Below, piece by piece: positions 50,521-60,698 of a DNA stretch of 64,000 nucleotides. Every line of letters starts with the position of its first letter. Positions within the stretch are counted from its first letter, which is position 1. A program made the translations under genes and the position numbers. The notes under the pieces were generated by a model. It did not search any database. It had not been told where the DNA came from and saw only the letters and a list, made by a program, of their open reading frames with translations. Source of the stretch: an uncultured Verrucomicrobiae bacterium (lineage in GTDB: Bacteria > Verrucomicrobiota > Verrucomicrobiia > Chthoniobacterales > Chthoniobacteraceae); contig CAWIKF010000002.1 of NCBI GenBank assembly GCA_963836755.1, positions 736,001 to 800,000 on the forward strand, in the 5' to 3' direction.

Positions 50521-51066
50521 TTATTTCAGCTTCGGCGCGGCTTCGGGAAAAAGTGCGTCAGTCACGCGGACGAGCTCGATCGTGAGCTCCTCGGTGCGGC
50601 GATTGATCGCGGCGTCGCTGAAAAGTTTTTCGTCCGTTTTCGCCGGAGGCGCATAAACAAAGCGCGGGATGATGACGCAGTGGTAGTCAAGCATGAGCGT
50701 ATTCGCGAATGGCATGACGCTCATGTAGCTGCCGTGGCCGCCTGCGGCGCAGACGAAGCCGACGATTTTTCCTTCCCACGCGTCGCCGGTCAGCTCGACG
50801 AGATTTTTCGCGGCGGCGTTGACGTCGTAGTTGTAAATGGCGGTCGCCAAAATGACGCCGCGCGCCTCCGCGATCCGAGCTGTGAGTGCGATGACGTTGG
50901 GATCGGAATAGCAGGCGCCGGCGTCGCACATCGGCAATGGGATTTGCGCGAGGTCGATGAAATCGGCGTCAAGGTTTTTGGCGGCGAGATGCTGCTGTGC
51001 GATTTTTCCGACGATGCGGCTGCGGCTGTTTGGATTGAGGCTGCAACTGATGACGAGGTAGCGCAT
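50521..51066 (-). CDS. NADPH-dependent FMN reductase
   Basis: SCSLNPNSRS, IYNYDVNAAAKN, AAGG. Confidence 0.85.
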   Translation of the reverse strand: MRYLVISCSLNPNSRSRIVGKIAQQHLAAKNLDADFIDLAQIPLPMCDAGACYSDPNVIALTARIAEARGVILATAIYNYDVNAAAKNLVELTGDAWEGKIVGFVCAAGGHGSYMSVMPFANTLMLDYHCVIIPRFVYAPPAKTDEKLFSDAAINRRTEELTIELVRVTDALFPEAAPKLK

Positions 51067-51101
51067 GGCCGATCAAATGAACTGCGCCGCGCGCGGCGCA
51101 A

Positions 51102-52256
51102 TCATTTTCGCACCGCCGCGAACGCCGCGATGTCATCGTGAAATGGCGCGCCGTCGGCGTGCGCGTAGGCTTTTTCAATGACGCTCGCGAGAAACTTTTG
51201 CGCCGAGCCGTGCGCCGCGCCGAGCTGCTGCGCGAGCGCGCGCTGGGTCAGCCGGCTTCCCGCGCGATTCTGCACTTCGTAAAGTCCGTCGGTGTAGAGC
51301 AGCACCGCGTCGCCTTCCTCGAGTTCGTGCGCATGCTCCTCGCAGCCGTTGTGGCCATTGACGCCGAGTGGCGGCCCGGAGGAAGGCGCTTCGTCAATGC
51401 GGCCATTGCTCCGCGCGATGAGCAGCGGCGGATGGCCCGCGCCGCAAAACGTGACGCTGCCGGCGTCGGCCGCGAGCACGAGACACGCGGCGGTCATGAA
51501 CGAGCGGCCTTTGAAAATGCCCTGAAATTCTTTGCTCACATTATCCATCACCGCGGCCGCGGAAGTCAGTTCCGACGCGGCGTGGCGAAATAACAGCTTG
51601 CTCAACGTTGTCAAAAGCGCCGCGGATGCGCCGTGGCCGGTCGCATCGGACATCCACGCGAGCAGCGAGCCGTCGCGCGCTTTGACCCAATCGTAAATAT
51701 CGCCGCCGACCTGGATGAGCGGATGATAATGCGCGGCAAATTCCCAGCCCGGCAGCGCCGGCAGCCGCGACGGCAAAATCGCCTGCTGCGTTAGCTGCGC
51801 GGCCTCGAGATCGCGCTCGTGCTCGCGGCGCCATTTCTCGAGCTCGCGGTTCTGCTCCGCCAATTGCTCTCGCAACGCGTAGAGGTGCAGGTGCGTGTCG
51901 ATTCGCGCCTTGAGCACGGCGGGATTGACCGGCTTTGTGACAAAATCATTCGCGCCGGCGCGCAGGCATTCGACCTCGTGCGTCGCATTCGAATGCGCAG
52001 TGAGCAGGATGATCGGGATTTGCGCGACCGCCGGATTCGGATCGCTGCGCACGATTTCGCACACCTGCGCGCCGTTGAATTCCGGCATTTCATAATCGAG
52101 CACCAGCAGCGCCGGCCCGCTATTTTCCAGAATTTGCAGCGCCTCGGGACCATCGCGGCAATCGATGGTATCAAATCCGACGCCCTCCAGCGCGCGCACC
52201 AGCAGCCGCCGGCTCAGCGCATCATCGTCGACGATGAGGATTTTCAAGGAGTCCAT
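51102..52256 (-). CDS. Response regulator with PP2C/SpoIIE phosphatase (RsbU/RsbP-like)
   Basis: REC domain (LIVDDD, LDYEMP, KP) plus GGDIYD, DATGHG, YTDGL, DD. Confidence 0.92.
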   Translation of the reverse strand: MDSLKILIVDDDALSRRLLVRALEGVGFDTIDCRDGPEALQILENSGPALLVLDYEMPEFNGAQVCEIVRSDPNPAVAQIPIILLTAHSNATHEVECLRAGANDFVTKPVNPAVLKARIDTHLHLYALREQLAEQNRELEKWRREHERDLEAAQLTQQAILPSRLPALPGWEFAAHYHPLIQVGGDIYDWVKARDGSLLAWMSDATGHGASAALLTTLSKLLFRHAASELTSAAAVMDNVSKEFQGIFKGRSFMTAACLVLAADAGSVTFCGAGHPPLLIARSNGRIDEAPSSGPPLGVNGHNGCEEHAHELEEGDAVLLYTDGLYEVQNRAGSRLTQRALAQQLGAAHGSAQKFLASVIEKAYAHADGAPFHDDIAAFAAVRK

Positions 52257-52371
52257 CACGCGTTTGTTTTATAATCGAAACATCCGGAAAAAACGCGGCT
52301 TTTCCTTCCGCGTATGCTCCGCGCGCCGTTCGGCATTGACCGCGCCAGCCCCTTCCGCGTAGCCATCTCGC

Positions 52372-54531
52372 ATGGCGAATGTCGTTTTCCTCTGGCACAT
52401 GCACCAGCCGTATTACGTCAATCCCGCCACGCGCACCGCGATGATGCCGTGGGTGCGCCTGCACAGCGTCAAGGGCTACCTCGACATGATTTCGGTGATC
52501 GAGGATTTCCCCGGCATCCGCGTGAATTTCAATCTCACGCCCGTCCTGCTTTTGCAGATCAAAGAACTCATCGATGGCGAAATCACCGATCGCTGGCTGG
52601 AATGGGCGCGCACGCCGGCGGCGGATTTAAACGACGACGAAAAGTTCGCGATTCTCGACAACTTTTTCAAAATCCACTGGGACAATCTCGTGAAGCCGTT
52701 CCCGCGTTACTGGGAATTGTTGCACAAACGCGGGCAGACGTTTTACGCCGACGAAGTGCGGCGCGGCCTCCGTTATTTCACCACGCAGGAATTTCTCGAC
52801 CTCCAAGTCTGGTTCAACCTCGCCTGGTGCGGCTACACCGCCGACAAACTTTTTCCCGAGCTGAAAACGCTGCGCGCGAAAGGTCGCGACTTCACCGAAG
52901 GCGAAAAGCAGCGCGTGCTCGACATCCATCTCGAGATCATGCGGCTCGTCTTGAAAAAATACGCGGACGCCGAGGCGCGCGGGCAGGTCGAGCTGACGAC
53001 CACGCCATTTTTTCATCCGATTTTGCCGCTCGTTTACGATTCAGAGTTTGCTGAACGTTGTTTACCGGGCCGTAAATTTCCGCCGCGCTTCCATTGGCCG
53101 CAAGACGCCGCTGCGCACCTGACGCTCGCCGTCGAGCAGCACGAAAAACTTTTCGGAAAAAAGCCGCGCGGCTTGTGGCCGAGCGAAGGCTCGATCGCGC
53201 CCGAGTTGATCCCGCTGATGCAGCAGGTCGGCATCCAGTATTTTTGCAGCGACGAGGAAAACCTTTTCAATTCGCTCAAGCGCGATCCCGCTTATCAAAA
53301 CGCGCACGTCGATCATCTCGAGCTTTTCCAAGGCTGGCGCATCCGGCACGACGGCGCGTCCGTCAACGGCGTTTTCCGCGAGAAGCCGCTCTCCGATTTC
53401 ATCGGTTTCATGGCCGCGAAAAACGACGCCGTTCAAGCTGCCACTCATCTGCTGCACCATCTCACGCACATCGCCAGCCTCGTCCCGCACGACACCGGCC
53501 TGGTCTCTCTGATCCTCGACGGCGAAAATGCGTGGGAAACTTTTGCCGATGGCGGCGAAGCCTTTCTGCGCGGGCTCTACGGCGGCATCGAGCGCGAGAG
53601 CGAGCGGCTCACGAGCTGCACGATCGAGGATTATTTTCAGCGAAATCCGCCGCGCAAGGAATTGACGACGCTCCACACCGGCTCATGGATTTCGAGCAAT
53701 TTCGACATCTGGATCGGCGAGGAAGAGGAGAATCGCGCGTGGGAATTGCTCGGAAAAGCGCGCGCATTTCTGCAAACCCAAATCGACGCCGGCCATCTCA
53801 CCGTCGAACAGCAAAGCAAAGCGCTGCTGGAAATCTACGCGGCGGAAGGGAGCGACTGGTTCTGGTGGTATGGCCCGGATTTCCACACGGATAATGACGA
53901 TTTATTTGACGAACTTTTCCGGCAGCACCTGAAAAATGTTTACGCGATTTGCGGCGTGCTCATCCCGGTCGATCTCGAAATCCCGATCACGCGCGCAAAG
54001 GCCGTGCAAATTTACGAGCGGCCCACCGAGCTCATCCACCCGCACATCGATGGCCGCGCGAGTTCCTTTTTTGAATGGATTGGCGCCGGCAGCTACGAGC
54101 CGGGCAGCGAGCAGGGAGCCATGTATCGCGCGGAGCGGATTTTGGAAAAAATCCATTTTGGCTTCAGCGAGGAGTCGCTTTTTCTGCGGATCGATTTTGT
54201 AAAATTGCCGCCAGACACGTCGTTAACGCTCGTTTTTTTTGAACCGCGCGACTTTGTTTTCAAAACAAAACCGCTCACGCGAAACGGCGCGACGGGATTC
54301 GGGATCATTACGCCCGGCGGCGTTGAGCTGCGGCGCGACACCATCGCCGCAGGGGAAATCCTCGAATGGGAAATCGCGCTGCTCGATCTGGCGCTCAAGC
54401 CCGGCGCGCCAGTCGCCTGGCAGGTGCGCGTCGAGCAAAATGGAATCGCGCGCGAGACGTATCCCGAGGCCGGCCCGATCCAGCTCACGGTGCCGACCGC
54501 GGAATTTGCTGGGCGAAACTGGATCGTCTGA
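52372..54531 (+). CDS. GH57 glycoside hydrolase (amylopullulanase-like)
   Basis: LWHMHQP, HPILPL, GLWPSEG, LDGENAW, AEGSDWFWW. Confidence 0.93.
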   Translation: MANVVFLWHMHQPYYVNPATRTAMMPWVRLHSVKGYLDMISVIEDFPGIRVNFNLTPVLLLQIKELIDGEITDRWLEWARTPAADLNDDEKFAILDNFFKIHWDNLVKPFPRYWELLHKRGQTFYADEVRRGLRYFTTQEFLDLQVWFNLAWCGYTADKLFPELKTLRAKGRDFTEGEKQRVLDIHLEIMRLVLKKYADAEARGQVELTTTPFFHPILPLVYDSEFAERCLPGRKFPPRFHWPQDAAAHLTLAVEQHEKLFGKKPRGLWPSEGSIAPELIPLMQQVGIQYFCSDEENLFNSLKRDPAYQNAHVDHLELFQGWRIRHDGASVNGVFREKPLSDFIGFMAAKNDAVQAATHLLHHLTHIASLVPHDTGLVSLILDGENAWETFADGGEAFLRGLYGGIERESERLTSCTIEDYFQRNPPRKELTTLHTGSWISSNFDIWIGEEEENRAWELLGKARAFLQTQIDAGHLTVEQQSKALLEIYAAEGSDWFWWYGPDFHTDNDDLFDELFRQHLKNVYAICGVLIPVDLEIPITRAKAVQIYERPTELIHPHIDGRASSFFEWIGAGSYEPGSEQGAMYRAERILEKIHFGFSEESLFLRIDFVKLPPDTSLTLVFFEPRDFVFKTKPLTRNGATGFGIITPGGVELRRDTIAAGEILEWEIALLDLALKPGAPVAWQVRVEQNGIARETYPEAGPIQLTVPTAEFAGRNWIV

Positions 54532-54534
54532 CGC

Positions 54535-55425
54535 TCAGGCGCGCGGATGAAATTTATGATGCACGGCCTTGAGCCGCTGCTGATCGACGTGCGTGTAGAT
54601 CTGCGTCGTCGAGATGTCCGCGTGTCCGAGCATTTCCTGGATGATGCGCAAATCCGCGCCGTTGCTGAGCAGATGCGTCGCAAAGGAATGCCGCAGCAAA
54701 TGCGGGTAAATATTTTGCTCCAGTCCCGCGTGTTTCGCGCTCCGTTTTAAAATCTGCCAGATCCGCACCGTCGTTAATTTTCCGCCGCGCGTGGAAAGGA
54801 AAACTTCGCTGCCAGTCCGCTTTTTCACCAGCGTCGGCCGCTCGCGCTCGAGGTAATTTGCGATCGCCGCGCACGCTTTTTTTCCGACCGGGACGATTCG
54901 CGTTTTGTTTCCCTTTCCGGTCACGCGAATCGCATTTTCATCGAGCGAAAGATTTTCGAGACGCGCGTTCGCGAGCTCCGAAATGCGCAGCCCGCTAGCG
55001 TAAAGCAGCTCCGCCATCGCGCGGTCGCGCAGGCCGAGCGGGGCATTCGTTGGAATGCTTTCGATGAGCCGTTCGACGTCGATTTCATTCAGCGTCTCCG
55101 GCAGATAACGCTCGATGCGCGGCAGCGGCAAAAACTCCGCCGGATCGCGCTCGATGCGTTTCCTCACGAATAGAAATCGGAACAAAATTTTGATCGCGAC
55201 GGCGATGAGTTTAATCGAGCCCGCCGCAAGTCCGCCGCGTTTTCGAACCGCCAAATATTCCGTGATCTCAGCGAGCGTTACGTCGCGGGGATCGGATATT
55301 TTTTTGGCGCGCGAAAGCCATTGCGCGAATTCCTCGAGCGACCGCCTCGTCGAGAGTTGGTAATTTTCCGAAAGGCCGCGCTCAGTCGCGAGATGGAATA
55401 AAAAATCGTCGATCGCAGCCTGCAT
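54535..55425 (-). CDS. xerD: Tyrosine recombinase XerD
   Basis: [61 protein letters not shown] end. Confidence 0.85.
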   Translation of the reverse strand: MQAAIDDFLFHLATERGLSENYQLSTRRSLEEFAQWLSRAKKISDPRDVTLAEITEYLAVRKRGGLAAGSIKLIAVAIKILFRFLFVRKRIERDPAEFLPLPRIERYLPETLNEIDVERLIESIPTNAPLGLRDRAMAELLYASGLRISELANARLENLSLDENAIRVTGKGNKTRIVPVGKKACAAIANYLERERPTLVKKRTGSEVFLSTRGGKLTTVRIWQILKRSAKHAGLEQNIYPHLLRHSFATHLLSNGADLRIIQEMLGHADISTTQIYTHVDQQRLKAVHHKFHPRA

Positions 55426-56306
55426 CACGCAAGTCTCGATCCGGTCAATCGTTCGAAAGCCTCGAGATATTTCTCGCTGGTTTTTCGCACCACCGTTTTC
55501 GGCAGCGAAGGCGCCGGCGGCGTTTTTTCCCAGTCGAGCGCCTCGAGATAATCGCGCACAAATTGTTTGTCGAAACTCGGCGGATTCATATCGAGCGAGT
55601 AGCGGTCGGCTGGCCAGAAACGCGAAGAATCAGGTGTTAAACACTCGTCGATCAAGATGAGTTCGCCATCGCACATGCCGAACTCGAATTTGGTATCGGC
55701 GACGATGATCCCGCGGGACTTTGCATACTCGCGCCCATTTTCGTAAATGCGGATGCTCAGGTCGCGGACGCGCGTCGCGATTTTGTCGCCCACGAGATCG
55801 CGCGCTTCGTCCCAAGAGATGTTTACGTCGTGACCCGTGGCCGCCTTTGTCGATGGCGTGAAAAGGTTGCGCGGCAACTGTTGCGCCTGCCGCAAACCGG
55901 CCGGCAGCCGCTGTCCGCAAATCATCCCGGACTTTTGATAATCGTTCCACGCCGAGCCTGCGAGATAGCCGCGCACCACGCATTCGATGCGCAGCGGCTC
56001 GGTTTTTTTCACGATCATTGCGCGACCGCGGAGCTCTTTTTCGAGGCCTTTGAGCGACTGGGGAAAGGCGTCAAAGTCCGCAGCGATGACATGATTTTTC
56101 ACGAAGTCGAATTTTTGAAACCAAAACGCGGAAAGCTGCGTGAGCACTGCTCCCTTGCGCGGAATTGGGTTCGGCAAAATGCAGTCGAACGCCGAGATGC
56201 GATCTGTCGCCACGAATAGGAATGAGTCGCCGAGATCAAAAACCTCGCGAACCTTGCCGCTCGCGACTTTCCGCAAGCCCTCCAATTCACATTCAATCAC
56301 ATCCAT
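55425..56306 (-). CDS. purC: SAICAR synthetase
   Basis: GKVRE, DRISAFD, ECVVRGYLAGS, DTKFEFG, TPDSSRFW, DKQFVRD. Confidence 0.96.
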   Translation of the reverse strand: MDVIECELEGLRKVASGKVREVFDLGDSFLFVATDRISAFDCILPNPIPRKGAVLTQLSAFWFQKFDFVKNHVIAADFDAFPQSLKGLEKELRGRAMIVKKTEPLRIECVVRGYLAGSAWNDYQKSGMICGQRLPAGLRQAQQLPRNLFTPSTKAATGHDVNISWDEARDLVGDKIATRVRDLSIRIYENGREYAKSRGIIVADTKFEFGMCDGELILIDECLTPDSSRFWPADRYSLDMNPPSFDKQFVRDYLEALDWEKTPPAPSLPKTVVRKTSEKYLEAFERLTGSRLA

Positions 56307-56358
56307 CGCCGGAAAAATGGGGAAGCTGACGCGACAGGTCGGAAATTAGCAAATGAAA

Positions 56359-56769
56359 TCAGTCGGGAACTTTGGCGCGCAGTTTTTTCGTAGCGCCGCG
56401 CCGTTTTTTCCCCTCGAGCATCCGTTCTTTCAACCCGCGCGGACGCGGGGAATTTGTCCGCCGCTTTTTCGCGCGCGCCGCCACACGCGCCTGCCTGCGA
56501 TCCTGCTCGCGCTGCTCGAGTAAGGCGAGCAGCCGCTCGCGCGCGAGCTGCCGGTTCATCGATTGCGAACGTGAATCCTGCACGGTCACTGCGAGGCCGC
56601 TCGGCCGATGACGAAGTGTGACAGCGGTTGACACTTTATTAACATGTTGTCCGCCCGGCCCGGACGAGCGCGCGAAGCTTTCCTCCAGATCTTCCTCGCG
56701 AATGCCGAGTCGCGCCCAGCGTTTGCGCACCGCCTCTTTCGCGGATTGTATCGGCGTGGATGAATTCAT
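56359..56769 (-). CDS. Peptidyl-tRNA hydrolase / ribosome rescue factor (ArfB/C12orf65-like)
   Basis: RSSGPGGQHVNK, SRSQ..NR, basic C-terminal tail. Start uncertain. Confidence 0.85.
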   Translation of the reverse strand: MNSSTPIQSAKEAVRKRWARLGIREEDLEESFARSSGPGGQHVNKVSTAVTLRHRPSGLAVTVQDSRSQSMNRQLARERLLALLEQREQDRRQARVAARAKKRRTNSPRPRGLKERMLEGKKRRGATKKLRAKVPD

Positions 56770-56781
56770 AACTTTGACGCC

Positions 56782-57564
56782 ATGGAGGTTATCATCAAAG
56801 CGACTGCCGATGAAGCTTCGCTCGAGGCCGCACAAATTTTCGCACGGCAAATTCGCGAGAAACCGACAATCGTGCTCGGCCTCGCGACCGGTTCAACGCC
56901 TCTGCAATTTTACCGCGAACTCGTCGCGATGCATCGTAATGGCGCGATCGATTTTTCAAAAGTGACGACGTTCAACCTCGATGAATACGTCGGCCTCGAT
57001 GCGGATCACCCGCAGTCTTACGCGCATTTCATGCGGGAGAATTTGTTTTCAAAAATCAATGTTCCCGCGGCCGCGATCCGCATTCCAAGCGGCGTCGCGC
57101 CAGATCTCCCGCGACATTGCGAGCAGTATGAAAAGGCGATTCGCGACGCGGGTGGTATCGATCTGCAACTGCTCGGCCTCGGCTCCGATGGACATATTGG
57201 ATTCAACGAACCGAGCTCATCGCTCGCATCGCGCACACGCCTGAAAACGTTGACGGAACGGACGATCGCGGACAACGCGCGCTTTTTTTCATCGCTCGAC
57301 GACGTGCCGCGCCACGTCATCACGATGGGCGTCGGCACGATCATTGAAGCGCGCCATTGCGTGGTGCTCGCGTTTGGCGAAAAAAAGGCGGAGGCGTGCG
57401 CGGCGACTATCGAGGGACCGATCACGGCGAGCGTGCCGGCATCGATTTTGCAAATGCATCCGCGCTGCACGCTGCTGCTCGACGAAGCGGCTGCGGCAAA
57501 GTTGCGCCGCGCGGATTATTACCACTGGGTTTACGAAAACAAACCTGCGTGGCAGCGCGTATGA
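56782..57564 (+). CDS. nagB: Glucosamine-6-phosphate deaminase
   Basis: LGLATGSTP, FNLDEY, GHIGFNEP, TMGVGTI. Confidence 0.95.
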   Translation: MEVIIKATADEASLEAAQIFARQIREKPTIVLGLATGSTPLQFYRELVAMHRNGAIDFSKVTTFNLDEYVGLDADHPQSYAHFMRENLFSKINVPAAAIRIPSGVAPDLPRHCEQYEKAIRDAGGIDLQLLGLGSDGHIGFNEPSSSLASRTRLKTLTERTIADNARFFSSLDDVPRHVITMGVGTIIEARHCVVLAFGEKKAEACAATIEGPITASVPASILQMHPRCTLLLDEAAAAKLRRADYYHWVYENKPAWQRV

Positions 57565-58733
57565 TTTTTAAAAATGCGCGCGTGATTTTGGCGGAGCGTA
57601 TTCTGCCGGGAGCGCAGTTGAAAATTGCGGATGGAAAAATTTTGGGGATGACCGCGGAGCCTCTGGCAGCGGGCATTGGCGAGGAAGTCCTCGATCTCGG
57701 TGGCAATTATCTCGCGCCCGGTTTCATCGATTTGCACATTCACGGCGCGCTGCGGCGCGACACGATGGAGGCCGATGCGGCGGCGCTGGAAACAATCTGC
57801 CGCTTTCACGCCGCTGGCGGCACGACCTCTCTCGCGCTGACGACGATCGCCGCGACACTTCCCGAGATTTTGCAGGCTGTTAACGCTGCGAAAGCATTCC
57901 AGGAAACAGTGCACGGCGGAGCAAACGTGCTCGGCGTTCATCTTGAAGGACCATATTTTTCACCCGCAAAACCGGGCGCGCACCGGCGCAATTTGATCCG
58001 CAACCCGCAGCGTGAGGAGTATGAACAACTGTTCGAACACGCCGACGCGATCACGCAAATGACGCTCGCACCCGAGCTGCCGGGCGCGCTCGCGCTCATT
58101 GACGCGCTGTGCGCGCGCGGCATTCGCGTCAGCGGCGGACACAGCGATGCGTGGGACGAAGATGCCTGCGCGGCCTTTGTTCATGGGCTTCGGCAGGTCA
58201 CGCATACTTTTAATTGCATGTCGTCGGCGCGGCATCGCGGACCGTGGCGCGTGGCGGGATTGCTCGAGGTCGCGCTGAGCGAGCCAGAAATTTTGTGCGA
58301 GCTGATTGCGGATGGACGCCACGTTTCGCCGACTTTGATGCGAATGCTTTACCAGGCAAAAGGTCCCGATGGAATCTGCCTCGTCACCGATGCGACAGCG
58401 GGCGCGGGATTGGCGGAAGGCGAGCATTTCCAGCTCGGCGAAATTGACTGCGTGGTGCGCGACGAAGTCGGCCTGATTTCCGACGGCGGCGCGCTCGCGG
58501 GCAGCACCGCCACAATGATCCGGCTGGTGCGCAACATGGTGGAACTCGCAGGCGTTTCACTCGTCGAGGCGGTGCGAATGGCGACGCTGAATCCCGCGCG
58601 CGCGCTCGGTCTCGAGACGCGGAAAGGCCAGCTCGCGGAAGGCGCTGACGCCGATTTCATCGTGCTTTCGCAGGAACTCGAAGTTTTGGAAACATGGCGC
58701 GGAGGAGAAAAAATTCACACGCTCACAACATGA
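57561..58733 (+). CDS. nagA: N-acetylglucosamine-6-phosphate deacetylase
   Basis: PGFIDLHIHG, HLEGPY, THTFNCM, LVTDA, LAGS; ATGA overlap with nagB. Confidence 0.95.
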   Translation: MIFKNARVILAERILPGAQLKIADGKILGMTAEPLAAGIGEEVLDLGGNYLAPGFIDLHIHGALRRDTMEADAAALETICRFHAAGGTTSLALTTIAATLPEILQAVNAAKAFQETVHGGANVLGVHLEGPYFSPAKPGAHRRNLIRNPQREEYEQLFEHADAITQMTLAPELPGALALIDALCARGIRVSGGHSDAWDEDACAAFVHGLRQVTHTFNCMSSARHRGPWRVAGLLEVALSEPEILCELIADGRHVSPTLMRMLYQAKGPDGICLVTDATAGAGLAEGEHFQLGEIDCVVRDEVGLISDGGALAGSTATMIRLVRNMVELAGVSLVEAVRMATLNPARALGLETRKGQLAEGADADFIVLSQELEVLETWRGGEKIHTLTT

Positions 58734-59677
58734 AAACCGAATATCTCACTAGCTCGCGCGACGGCCACTCGCTCGATATTTTTACAGACGTTGAAAATGG
58801 TCTGCGCATAGAGGTGACGCGGCACGGCGCGGAACTCGTGAGCGTGGCGCGGCGCGATGCGCGCGGCGAATGGATCGGATTTTTGTATCGCGACGGCGAC
58901 GTGTCGCGAGCCGCGGAAGGCTGGAACAATCACGCGACGGTGATGGGTTATTATTTGCACCGGATAAAAAACGAGCGCTCGATTTATCGCGGCCACGAGA
59001 TCCGTGGCGGCACGCATTCGTTTTTGCGACACAAGGATTTTGCGGCGCCGGAATTTGCGACTGATGAAAAGTCGGCTTCGCTCAGCTATCGCATCGGACC
59101 CGAGCAAATCGAGGCGCACGAATATCCGTTTAAGGTCGCGTTGACTCTCCGTTATACATTGGAAAATGCGCGTCTGCGCGTCACTTTCACGTTTGAAAAT
59201 TTCGAGCCGGAGTTGCCGACGCATGTGCAGTTCGGCCTGCATCCTGGCTTCGCGGCGGGTTCGCTCGCATCCGCGGAAGTTTTTTTGCCCGGTGGCGATT
59301 ACGTTCGCCATCTCGCGCCGGACAATTTTTTGTCGGGCAAAACCGTCGAGTTCCATCACGCCGGCGGGCCGATGCCTTTTGCGAAAAGCGAGCTGCCGGG
59401 CTCATTTTTGCTGGAGCTAAAAAATGTTCCGCATCCGCTGTTTGGCTTTGCTGATGCGGCGGGCACGCGGCGTGTGGACCTCGATTATAGCGACGCGCCT
59501 TACGTGACCATCTGGAGCGACGGGCACGCATTCATCTGCGTGGAGCCGTGCTGGGGGCTGCCGGATCATCACGAGCAGCGGCCGTTTGAAAAAAAAGCGG
59601 GCATCCAGACAATTCCGCCGCGCGGGAATCTCGTGCGCAGCTTTACGATTTCGCCGCGCCTTGCGTCCGAGATTTGA
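58730..59677 (+). CDS. Aldose 1-epimerase (galactose mutarotase-like) family
   Basis: GAELVS, YPF, FGLHPGF, FICVEP. Confidence 0.8.
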   Translation: MKTEYLTSSRDGHSLDIFTDVENGLRIEVTRHGAELVSVARRDARGEWIGFLYRDGDVSRAAEGWNNHATVMGYYLHRIKNERSIYRGHEIRGGTHSFLRHKDFAAPEFATDEKSASLSYRIGPEQIEAHEYPFKVALTLRYTLENARLRVTFTFENFEPELPTHVQFGLHPGFAAGSLASAEVFLPGGDYVRHLAPDNFLSGKTVEFHHAGGPMPFAKSELPGSFLLELKNVPHPLFGFADAAGTRRVDLDYSDAPYVTIWSDGHAFICVEPCWGLPDHHEQRPFEKKAGIQTIPPRGNLVRSFTISPRLASEI

Positions 59678-59736
59678 AACTTTGACGCCGGGAAAAGTCC
59701 GCTCGAAAGCGACGCTGGATATTGTAACCTGCGCGC

Positions 59737-60696
59737 ATGGCAAAACGTTTTCGTGATCTCAGCGAACCTGAGGTGCTCGCGCTCGCGATCAGTTCCGAGG
59801 AGGAGGACAGCCGCATCTACCGCGATTTCGCGGTGAAACTCTCACAAGATTTTCCGGCGACTGCGCAACTTTTTTCCGCGATGGCCGATGAGGAATCGGG
59901 TCACCGGCATCGGCTGCTCGAGGCGTTCCGCGAGCGTTTCGGCGAGCACGTGCCGCTGGTCCGGCGCGAGGACATCAAGGGTTTTGCGCGGCGTCCGGCG
60001 TTTTGGCTTTTCCAGCCGATCAACCCGAAAAAACTGCGGCACGAGGCGGCGTCGATGGAATTGGAGACGCGGCGTTTTTACGAGCGTGTCGCGGGTCAAA
60101 CTTCCGACGCGGGCGTGCGGCAACTGCTCGGCGATCTCGCGCGTGCGGAGGGGCAGCACGAGGAAATGGCGGCGCGGATTGATGCGAAGCAAAAGGCCGA
60201 CGGAGCTGTCGATGACGAAGCAGTTGCAGCTCGCCGGCTTTTTGTGCTGCGTGTGGTGCAGCCGGGTCTCGCGGGTTTGATGGACGGCTCGGTCTCAACG
60301 CTCGCGCCGCTTTTTGCCGCGGCGTTTGCAACGGCAAACACTGCCGATGCTTTTCGTGTTGGCCTCGCGGCGTCCGTCGGCGCGGGGATCAGCATGGGTT
60401 TCGCGGAAGCACTTTCTGATGACGGCGAGCTGAGCGGGCGCGGCGGTCCGCTGCTGCGCGGCGTGGTCTGCGGCGCCATGACCACCGCGGGCGGCATTGG
60501 CCACACGCTCCCGTATTTGATTGGCGACTTTCGGCTCGCTACCGGCGTCGCGATCGGCGTTGTCGGCATCGAGCTCGCGGTAATCGCGTGGGTGCGGCAT
60601 CGGTTCATGGAAACGCCGTGGCTGGGCGCGACACTGCAGGTCGTGCTCGGCGGCATTCTCGTTTTCATCGCCGGAGTGCTGATCGGAAAAAGTTAA
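59737..60696 (+). CDS. mbfA: Iron exporter MbfA (rubrerythrin + VIT1/CCC1)
   Basis: LALAISSEEED, EESGH, QPGLAGLMDGSVSTLAP, EALSDDG. Confidence 0.92.
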   Translation: MAKRFRDLSEPEVLALAISSEEEDSRIYRDFAVKLSQDFPATAQLFSAMADEESGHRHRLLEAFRERFGEHVPLVRREDIKGFARRPAFWLFQPINPKKLRHEAASMELETRRFYERVAGQTSDAGVRQLLGDLARAEGQHEEMAARIDAKQKADGAVDDEAVAARRLFVLRVVQPGLAGLMDGSVSTLAPLFAAAFATANTADAFRVGLAASVGAGISMGFAEALSDDGELSGRGGPLLRGVVCGAMTTAGGIGHTLPYLIGDFRLATGVAIGVVGIELAVIAWVRHRFMETPWLGATLQVVLGGILVFIAGVLIGKS

Positions 60697-60698
60697 AC

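Noticed and set aside
54535..55425. xerD as the island integrase
   Set aside because: It has housekeeping XerD features, is coupled to purC and lies 11 kb outside the island.
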